From: Hyalangium gracile
GTDB taxonomy: Bacteria; Myxococcota; Myxococcia; Myxococcales; Myxococcaceae
Direction: 5' to 3'
DNA: 64,000 bases
Assembly: GCF_020103725.1 (NCBI RefSeq)
Contig: NZ_JAHXBG010000030.1
Location: 36,337 to 100,336, forward strand
Positions 23,595 through 30,902 of this stretch are shown here, one piece after another. The stretch's first letter is position 1. Each line of letters starts with the position of its first letter. The notes under the pieces were generated by a model. That model was given only the letters and a program-made list of their open reading frames with translations, was not told where the DNA came from and did not search any database. Made by a program: the position numbers and the translations under genes.

Positions 23595-23858
23595 ATGACA
23601 GAAGAAGAAAAGGTCAAAGCGATGCGGCTCGCCCGCGCGATCGCCTCGGATATCTCGCTCTACAACGAGCAGAAGATCATCAAGGGCATCGAGCAGGACA
23701 ACCTCTTCGAGATCCTGAAGGACGAGCTGGACGAGGGGCGCGAGCTCTACAAGAGCCGCGTGAGCTCCGAGATCTTCACCCGGGCCAACTTCTTCGAGCG
23801 GGCCATCAACGACATCGTGCTGCGCTCGAAGGCGCACGTGAAGTCGAAGATTTGGTAG
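23595..23858 (+). CDS. hypothetical small protein
   Basis: 87 aa ORF; lower GC than the flanks; no recognisable domain. Confidence 0.35.
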   Translation: MTEEEKVKAMRLARAIASDISLYNEQKIIKGIEQDNLFEILKDELDEGRELYKSRVSSEIFTRANFFERAINDIVLRSKAHVKSKIW

Positions 23859-24796
23859 CCGCCGAGGCGCGCGAGCACCGAGCCCCGCCCGAGGCCCGAG
23901 GCGAGCGGCTGGATCAGCACCTCGCGCGCACGTTCCCCGATCTCACCCGCTCCCGCATCCAGGGGCTGATCGAAGCCGGCCACGTGCTGGCGGACGGTCG
24001 CCCCGCGAAGGCGGCGCTGCGCCTGCGGGGTGGGGAGCTGCTCTGCGTGCACATCCCCGCGCCCGTGGCGGCCGTGCCGCTGGCGGAGGAGCTGCCGCTG
24101 GAGGTGCTGCACGAGGATCGGGACCTGGTGGTGGTGAACAAGGCGGCGGGCATGGTGGTGCACCCGGGAGCGGGGCACGCGTCCGGGACGCTGGTGAACG
24201 CGCTGCTGCACCGGGTGAAGGATCTCGCCGGAGTGGGCGGAGAGCTGCGCCCGGGGATCGTCCACCGCCTGGACAAGGACACGACGGGGTGCCTCGTCGT
24301 GGCGAAGAACGAGAAGACGCTCGTCGCGCTGCAGAAGGCCTTCAAGACGCGCGCGGTGGAGAAGACGTACCTGGCGCTGGTGCACGGGCACCCGAAGCCG
24401 GAGGGGCGCATCGAGACGCTGTACGGGCGGCACCCGGTGCACCGGCAGAAGTTCACGGGCAAGGTGAAGGAGGGCAAGCCGGCCATCACGGTGTTCCGGA
24501 CGCGGGAGCTCTTCGAGGGCGCGGCGCTGGTGGAGGTGGATCTGCTGACGGGCCGCACGCACCAGATCCGGGTGCACCTGTCCGAGTCCGGCCACCCGCT
24601 GCTGTGCGACGCGCTGTACGGCGCGGGGCGCAAGGCGAAGGGCAGGGTGGCCGAGGCGCAGGAGGCGCTGGGGCGTCAGGCGCTGCACGCGTGGCGGCTG
24701 GCCTTCACGCACCCCAGGACGGGCAAGGCGCTGAAGCTGGAGGCGCCCCTGCCCGGGGACTTCGAGTCCGCCATCGCTTGCCTGCGAGGCGCCTGA
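23852..24796 (+). CDS. RluA-family (RluD-like) 23S rRNA pseudouridine synthase
   Basis: S4-like N-terminus and the catalytic HRLDKDTTG motif. Confidence 0.85.
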   Translation: MVAAEAREHRAPPEARGERLDQHLARTFPDLTRSRIQGLIEAGHVLADGRPAKAALRLRGGELLCVHIPAPVAAVPLAEELPLEVLHEDRDLVVVNKAAGMVVHPGAGHASGTLVNALLHRVKDLAGVGGELRPGIVHRLDKDTTGCLVVAKNEKTLVALQKAFKTRAVEKTYLALVHGHPKPEGRIETLYGRHPVHRQKFTGKVKEGKPAITVFRTRELFEGAALVEVDLLTGRTHQIRVHLSESGHPLLCDALYGAGRKAKGRVAEAQEALGRQALHAWRLAFTHPRTGKALKLEAPLPGDFESAIACLRGA

Positions 24797-24805
24797 CGAA
24801 GCCGG

Positions 24806-25555
24806 TCAGATCTGCGCCGAGCCGCCATCGGCGAACAGCTCGACGCCGTTGATGAAGCTGCTGTCGTCCGAGGCGAGGAAGGACACCACCTTGGCGATCT
24901 CGTCCGGCTGACCCAGCCGCCCCAGGGGAATGGTGGACAGCAGCTGGGCCTTGAGCTGCGCCTTCTGCTCCGGCGTCTTCGCCAGCGAGTCGAGTCCCGG
25001 GGTGTCGATCGGCCCGGGGCTGACGACGTTGACGCGGAGCTTTCGCTCCTTCAGCTCGAGGATCCACGAGCGGGCGAAGGATCGCACGGCGGCCTTGGTC
25101 GCGGCGTACACGCTGAAGGCCGCGACGCCCTTGATGGAGACGTTCGAGGCATTGAGGATGATCGAGCCGCCCTCGCGCAGCAGCGGGAGCGCCTTCTGCA
25201 CGGTGAAGACCACCCCCTTCACGTTGCTGTCGAAGGTGGCGTCGAAGTGCTCCTCGGTGATGTCGCTCAGCGGGAGGAACTCGCCGCCGCCGGCGTTGGT
25301 GAAGAGGATGTCGATGTGCCCGGCCTCCCGCTTCACCGTGGCGTACAGCCGGTCCAGATCGGCGAGCTTGGAGGTGTCGCCCTGCACGCCGATGGCGTTC
25401 TTTCCAATCCGCTTCACCGCCGCGTCCAGCTCGCCCTGACGCCGGCCCGTGATGAACACCCGCGCTCCCTCGTTGGCCAGGCGCTGTGCCGCGGCGAAGC
25501 CGATGCCCGAGGTACCACCCGTGACGACAGCCACCTTCCCTTGGTGCTTGCTCAT
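24806..25555 (-). CDS. SDR family oxidoreductase
   Basis: TGGTSGIG Rossmann motif and NAG...Y-x3-K catalytic signature. Confidence 0.85.
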   Translation of the reverse strand: MSKHQGKVAVVTGGTSGIGFAAAQRLANEGARVFITGRRQGELDAAVKRIGKNAIGVQGDTSKLADLDRLYATVKREAGHIDILFTNAGGGEFLPLSDITEEHFDATFDSNVKGVVFTVQKALPLLREGGSIILNASNVSIKGVAAFSVYAATKAAVRSFARSWILELKERKLRVNVVSPGPIDTPGLDSLAKTPEQKAQLKAQLLSTIPLGRLGQPDEIAKVVSFLASDDSSFINGVELFADGGSAQI

Positions 25556-25618
25556 GACCTTCCGTCCTTTCGACCGCCGAGCCCGGCTTGCCTTCGCTTC
25601 CGCCCGGCTCTACATCTA

Positions 25619-25670
25619 TTGATGACGGTCACCATCATTGGTTGCGGCTCTTTAATGATGACCGTCATTT
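25619..25670. promoter_or_regulatory. two related imperfect palindromes (TGATGAC-G-GTCAcCATCA and ATGAC-C-GTCAT) in the SDR/TetR divergent intergenic region; candidate TetR operators
   Basis: Inverted repeats read directly from the sequence, located between the divergent genes. Confidence 0.4.
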
Positions 25671-25719
25671 TAGTTGTCAACCGAACCTGCTCCGCTCTCG
25701 GGCGGAAGGAGGAGGAACG

Positions 25720-26313
25720 ATGCGACTCACCCAGGAGCAGGCGGCGGAGAACCGCCGGAAGATCCTCGAGACCGCGGGGCGGCTCTTTCGGGAGCGCGGG
25801 TTCGATGGAGTGGGGGTCGCGGACCTGATGAAGGCCGCGGGCTTCACGCACGGGGGCTTCTACAACCACTTCCCGTCCAAGCAGGCGCTGGCCGCGGAGG
25901 CCTGCTCGGGAGCCTTCGAGCGATCGGCCTCGAAGCTGGCGTGTGAGCTCGAGCAGGCACCGGCCCGCGCCTGGAGGGACTTCCTGGAGCACTACCTCTC
26001 ACCCGAGCACCGCGATGATCCCGGGCAGGGGTGTACCCTTGCCGCGCTGGCGGCCGACGCGGGGCGGCAGGGCAAGGAGGTCCAGGAGAGCTTCTCCGAG
26101 GGGCTCGAGAAGGTCTTCGCGCTGGCCCAGGAGCACCTGTCCACGGCGGCTCCCGACAAGCGCAAGGGGACGGAGGCCTCGACGCGCGAGCGCGCCATCC
26201 AGATGATGAGCGAGGTGGTGGGCGCGGTGGTACTGGCCCGCGCGGTGGCCGAGGCCGACCCGGAGCTCTCCGACGAGATCCTCGAGGCGAGCCGGCGCAA
26301 GTTCCTCAAATGA
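25720..26313 (+). CDS. TetR family transcriptional regulator
   Basis: N-terminal TetR HTH (GFDGVGVADLMKAAGFTHGGFYNHF); RBS GGAAGGAGGAGG upstream of the ATG; divergent from the SDR gene. Confidence 0.85.
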   Translation: MRLTQEQAAENRRKILETAGRLFRERGFDGVGVADLMKAAGFTHGGFYNHFPSKQALAAEACSGAFERSASKLACELEQAPARAWRDFLEHYLSPEHRDDPGQGCTLAALAADAGRQGKEVQESFSEGLEKVFALAQEHLSTAAPDKRKGTEASTRERAIQMMSEVVGAVVLARAVAEADPELSDEILEASRRKFLK

Positions 26314-26343
26314 GGGGGAAATCTCGCCCGGCCGCTCCCGGAT

Positions 26344-27888
26344 TTGACCCCCAGTATCGCCGAACCAACGCGGCGTGTCATGATGATCCCCGCAGCCGTG
26401 ATGCGGAGGATCTCGATGAGAAGGATGCTCGTCCCGGGGCTGTTCGACGACTATGCCGTCGCGCCCGGGACCTTCGATGAGCTGTTCGAGGCCAGTGGTA
26501 CCGCCCGCTCCCACTTCCTCCGCATGTTCGCCATGCTGGCGGGGCGCAGCGCCGAGGAGTTCGCCCGCATCCAGGCGCTGGCCGAGCGGGCCCTGCTGAA
26601 CCAGGGCGTCACCTTCTCGGTGTACTCGGACTCGCGGGGCACCGAGAAGATCTTCCCCTTCTGCCTCATCCCCCGCATCGTCTCGAGCGTGGACTGGATG
26701 CGTCTGGAGCGCGGGCTGGAGCAGCGCACCCGGGCGCTGGGCCTCTTCCTGGATGACGTCTACGGCCCGCAGCGGATGCTCGCGGAGCGGCCCGAGCTGC
26801 GAGACATCGTCCTGGGCACGAAGCTGTACCTGCCCCAGCTGCGCCACGTGCGGCCCCCAGGCGGCGTGCGCATCCACGTGGCGGGCATCGATCTCATCCG
26901 GGACGAGCGCGGCACCTTCCGGGTGCTCGAGGACAACCTGCGCACCCCGTCGGGTGTCTCCTACGTGATGGAGAACCGCATCATCTCCAAGCGGGTGATG
27001 CCGGAGATCTTCGAGCAGGCGCGGATCCGCCAGGTGGACCACTACCCCGCGCGGCTGGCGGAGACGCTGCGCGCCGTCTCGCCCGAGGATCCCGAGCACT
27101 CCACGCTGGTGGTGCTCACGCCCGGGCCCTACAACTCCGCCTACTTCGAGCACTCGTTCCTGGCGCGCACCATGGGCGTGGAGCTGGTGCAGCCGGCCGA
27201 TCTCTTCGTGGAGCGCGATCAGGTGTTCGTGCGCACCACCCGGGGGCCGCGCCGCGTGCACGTCATCTACCGGCGCATCGATGACGCCTTCCTGGATCCC
27301 GAGGCCTTCCGCCCGGACAGCCTGCTGGGCGTGCGCGGGCTGATGCGGGCGTACGCCGCGGGCAACGTGGCGCTGGCCAACGCGCCGGGCAACGGGGTGG
27401 CGGACGACAAGGCCGTGTACGCCTTCGTGCCGGAGATGATCCGCTTCTACCTCTCCGAGGAGCCGCTGCTGGAGCAGGTGCCCACCTACGTCTGCGCGCG
27501 CAGGCAGGAGCGCGACTACGTGGTGGATCACCTGGAGCAACTGGTGGTGAAGGCGGTGGACGAGGCCGGTGGCTACGGGATGCTGATGGGCCCGCAGTCC
27601 ACGCCCGAGGCGCGCGAGGAGTTCCGCGCCCGCATCCTCGCCGAGCCGCGCAAGTACGTGGCCCAGCCGCGTGTGGAGCTGTCCACCTGTCCCACGTGGG
27701 ACGCGGGGAAGGGCAGGGTGGCGCCGCGCCGGGTGGATCTGCGGCCCTACATCCTCACCGGGCCGCAGGGCCCGTGGGTGCTCCCCGGCGGGCTGAGCCG
27801 GGTGGCGCTGCGCGAGGGCTCATACGTCGTGAACTCCAGCCAGGGGGGTGGCTCGAAGGACACCTGGGTGCAGCGGGAGGTCGCATGA
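26344..27888 (+). CDS. circularly permuted type-2 ATP-grasp protein (COG2308/DUF404 family)
   Basis: Family-typical sequence (VTFSVYSD...FPFCLIPRIV; NAPGNGVADDKAVYAFVPEMIRFYL). Confidence 0.8.
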   Translation: MTPSIAEPTRRVMMIPAAVMRRISMRRMLVPGLFDDYAVAPGTFDELFEASGTARSHFLRMFAMLAGRSAEEFARIQALAERALLNQGVTFSVYSDSRGTEKIFPFCLIPRIVSSVDWMRLERGLEQRTRALGLFLDDVYGPQRMLAERPELRDIVLGTKLYLPQLRHVRPPGGVRIHVAGIDLIRDERGTFRVLEDNLRTPSGVSYVMENRIISKRVMPEIFEQARIRQVDHYPARLAETLRAVSPEDPEHSTLVVLTPGPYNSAYFEHSFLARTMGVELVQPADLFVERDQVFVRTTRGPRRVHVIYRRIDDAFLDPEAFRPDSLLGVRGLMRAYAAGNVALANAPGNGVADDKAVYAFVPEMIRFYLSEEPLLEQVPTYVCARRQERDYVVDHLEQLVVKAVDEAGGYGMLMGPQSTPEAREEFRARILAEPRKYVAQPRVELSTCPTWDAGKGRVAPRRVDLRPYILTGPQGPWVLPGGLSRVALREGSYVVNSSQGGGSKDTWVQREVA

Positions 27889-28868
27889 TCGCGCGAGTGG
27901 CGGAGCTTTGCTTCTGGCTCGGGCGCTACCTGGAGCGCGCCGAGAGCACGGCCCGGGTGCTCCAGGTGACGGGGACGCTGGCGCTGGATGCGGGGCTGGC
28001 CCCCGAGCAGTGCTGGCGGCCGGTGCTGGCCGTCTTCGGCGAGCGGCTGCGCTTCGCCTCGCGAGGCGCCAGCGCGGCCGAGGACGACGGCGAGCAGGTC
28101 CAGCGCTTCATGGTCTGGGATGAGGACAACCCCTCCAGCATCCAGGCCTCGGTGGCCGCGGCCCGGGAGAACGCGCGCGCCATCCGCGAGGTGGTGAGCA
28201 TCGAGTGCTGGGAGGTCATCAACGAGCTGTTCCTGTGGATGCGCGGCGAGGAGGCGAAGGAGGAGTACGCCCACCACCGCTACGGCTTCTACCGGCACGT
28301 CCGCCGCTCGGTGCAGCTGTGCCTGGGGCTGTTGCGCAGCACCATGCTGCACGACACGCCCCTGGACTTCATCTGGACGGGCGTGCTGCTGGAGCGGGCG
28401 GGGCAGACGGCGCGCGTGCTGGATGTGCACCACCACGCCTTCTCGCAGCTTCCGAGCGGCCACCAGGTGGTGGAGACGTCGCTCTGGCTCTCGCTGCTGC
28501 GGGCGTGCTCGGGCTTCGAGCCCTTCATGAAGCGCCACCAGGGCCGCGTCACGGGCAACGCGGTGGCGGCGTTCCTGCTCTTCGAGCAGGAGTTCCCGCG
28601 CTCGCTGCGCTACTGCCTGAAGTCGGCCCACAAGTACCTGATCGAGTTCCACCCGCCTGGCACGCAGGGGCTGCCCGGCGCCGAGACGGTGGCCCTGAGC
28701 ACGCGGCTGCTGGAGCGGCTCCAGCCGACGGCGCTCTCGGCTCCCGGAGCCACCGTGCACGGGCTGCTCACACAGGTGGTCGAGGACACCGGCGCGCTCT
28801 GTGACATTCTGGCCGCTGAGTTCTTCGGGGCGGCAAGAGCGCTGGGCTCACAGGCGATGGCCCAGTAG
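27885..28868 (+). CDS. alpha-E domain protein (COG2307/DUF403 family)
   Basis: MIARVAELCFWLGRYLERAE N-terminus typical of the alpha-E family; ATGA overlap with the upstream ATP-grasp gene. Confidence 0.75.
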   Translation: MIARVAELCFWLGRYLERAESTARVLQVTGTLALDAGLAPEQCWRPVLAVFGERLRFASRGASAAEDDGEQVQRFMVWDEDNPSSIQASVAAARENARAIREVVSIECWEVINELFLWMRGEEAKEEYAHHRYGFYRHVRRSVQLCLGLLRSTMLHDTPLDFIWTGVLLERAGQTARVLDVHHHAFSQLPSGHQVVETSLWLSLLRACSGFEPFMKRHQGRVTGNAVAAFLLFEQEFPRSLRYCLKSAHKYLIEFHPPGTQGLPGAETVALSTRLLERLQPTALSAPGATVHGLLTQVVEDTGALCDILAAEFFGAARALGSQAMAQ

Positions 28869-28880
28869 AGTCCCGCGGCC

Positions 28881-30641
28881 ATGCCCAACCTCCTCGCCAT
28901 GTCCTTCGAGGGAGAGCTCGCGCCCAGCCTGGACCTGCGGTGCCTGGCTCCCGGCAACAAGCCTCCGGACGGCTGGGGCGTGGGCTACTACCCGGGCAGC
29001 GAGCCCGCCGCGGCGGTGCTCAAGGAGCCTCGGCCGCCTCCGGGGGGCAGCATCCGCAGCGAGCTGGTGAAGGCCTGGGAGCACCTGGAGTCCTCCCTGC
29101 TCCTGCTGCACATCCGCACGGCGAGCTGGGGCGCCATCACCGACGCCAACACCCAGCCGTTCTGCCGCAGCTACGCGGGGCGGGACTGGCTGTTCGGACA
29201 CAGCGGCACCCTGCGTCAGGCCGTGCAGCTGCCCGTGGACCCGGCCTTCGAGCCGGTGGGCTCCAGCGACTCGGAGAGCGTCTTCTGCGCGCTGCTGAGC
29301 TGGATCCAGGCCTCTGGCTGGAAGCGGCTGGGAGACGTGGATCTGGAGCGCCTGCGGGCCTGGCTCGAGGAGATGAACGGCCTGGGGCCGCTCACCGTGG
29401 TCTTCACGGACGGACACGATCTCTGCATCTACGCGGACCGGGAGCAGTCCACGAAGGCGTGGATGTGGCGGGTGGCGCCGCCCTACGAGCGGCTGGTCAT
29501 CGGCGATGACGACGTCGAGGTGGACCTGACGAAGCGCGGGGCCAAGAGCCGCAAGGGCGTCATCTTCAGCACCCAGCCCATCGAGTCCCGCACGGCGGAG
29601 GTGAAGGCGAACTGGACGCCCATCGTCCCCGGAGGGCTGGTGATGGTGCGGCAGGGCGCCATCCGCGCCGAGGTGCTGCCGCCTGGCGTGAAGCGCGAGC
29701 CGGGTAAGGACACCAGCACCGCCGCCGAGCTGGCCGCGCGCGGCACCCTGAGGCGGCCTCCCGTCGCGCCGGTGCGAGTCATGGACGTGCGGCACCGCAC
29801 GGTCTACCGCTACGAGCGGCCCGTGGAGCGCAGCGCCCACGTGCTTCGGCTGACGCCGGTGCATGACCGGCTGCAGAGCCTGCGCTCGCACGAGCTGCGG
29901 ATGTCGCCGGGGGTGCTGCAGAGCGAGTACGAGGACGTCTTCGGCAACCATGTGCGCAAGGCGCTCATCGAGACGCCCTACACGGAGCTGGTCATCGAGG
30001 CGAACTCGCGGGTGGAGCTGCGGGACACGGATCCGCTCGGCCACCGCGCGCCCCACATCCGCACGACGTTCCCGGTGCTGTGGATGCCGTCGCAGCAGGT
30101 GATGCTCCAGCCGTACCTCCAGCCGCCGCCGCTGCCGGACAGCGAGCTGGAGGAGCTGCTCGAGTACGCGATGAGCTTCGCGCGCCGCAACGACTTCGAT
30201 CTGCTGGACACGCTGCTGGACCTCAACTTCAGCATCTACAAGGAGTACCAGTACATCCAGGGGGTGACGCACCTGAACACGTCGGCGTTCGAGGTGTACT
30301 CGGCGCGGCGCGGCGTGTGCCAGGACTTCACCAACCTGTTCCTGTGCCTGGCGCGGCTGCTGGGGCTGCCGGCGCGCTACACCTGCGGCTACATCTATAC
30401 GGGCCCCAAGCACGCCAACACGCAGCAGGCGGAGGCCTCGCACGCGTGGGCGCAGGTGTACCTGCCCGAGCGAGGCTGGAGGGGCTTCGATCCCACCAAC
30501 GGCGTGCTCACGCAGACGAACCACGTGCGCGTGGCCACGGGGCGGACGCACCGGGACGCGACGCCCACCTCGGGCACCATCTACGTGGGCGGCAGCATCG
30601 AGCGGCTCGAGGTCACGGTCGTCTGCGAGCCCGTCGAGTAG
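28881..30641 (+). CDS. fusion protein: class-II glutamine amidotransferase-like (YafJ-like) domain, bacterial transglutaminase N-terminal domain, and transglutaminase-like core
   Basis: N-terminus MPNLLAMS...DGWGVGYY...HIRTASWG...NTQPF resembles YafJ/GATase_6 but has Pro where the Ntn nucleophile Cys should be. The middle region is VRHRTVYRYERP. The C-terminal transglutaminase core has Cys/His/Asp (RRGVCQDF...SHAWAQVY...FDPTNG). Confidence 0.8.
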   Translation: MPNLLAMSFEGELAPSLDLRCLAPGNKPPDGWGVGYYPGSEPAAAVLKEPRPPPGGSIRSELVKAWEHLESSLLLLHIRTASWGAITDANTQPFCRSYAGRDWLFGHSGTLRQAVQLPVDPAFEPVGSSDSESVFCALLSWIQASGWKRLGDVDLERLRAWLEEMNGLGPLTVVFTDGHDLCIYADREQSTKAWMWRVAPPYERLVIGDDDVEVDLTKRGAKSRKGVIFSTQPIESRTAEVKANWTPIVPGGLVMVRQGAIRAEVLPPGVKREPGKDTSTAAELAARGTLRRPPVAPVRVMDVRHRTVYRYERPVERSAHVLRLTPVHDRLQSLRSHELRMSPGVLQSEYEDVFGNHVRKALIETPYTELVIEANSRVELRDTDPLGHRAPHIRTTFPVLWMPSQQVMLQPYLQPPPLPDSELEELLEYAMSFARRNDFDLLDTLLDLNFSIYKEYQYIQGVTHLNTSAFEVYSARRGVCQDFTNLFLCLARLLGLPARYTCGYIYTGPKHANTQQAEASHAWAQVYLPERGWRGFDPTNGVLTQTNHVRVATGRTHRDATPTSGTIYVGGSIERLEVTVVCEPVE

Positions 30642-30902
30642 CCGTCGCGCGAGGTGCTCCAGGATGGAGCAACCTGGCTCAGTCTGGAGCAGGCGAGAGA
30701 TCCAAACTGGGCGGGAATTCCTCCGTTTTCGAGCGGCTCCCGTCTGAAACGGCGTGGGCACGCGGCTGGCATTGAGGGGCGGTGAACTCTCACCGAGCAG
30801 GTATCCCTGTGCCCCCCCTCGAACAACAGCAGCGAAGCCATCCAGCGCATCTCCCTGAAGAACCGCGAGTACGCTTACATCGAGGACGCGAACCGCGGCG
30901 TC

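Noticed and set aside
21591-23837. 748 aa - strand ORF
   Set aside because: Arg/Gly-rich mirror image of the Pro/Ala-rich J-domain protein on the + strand.
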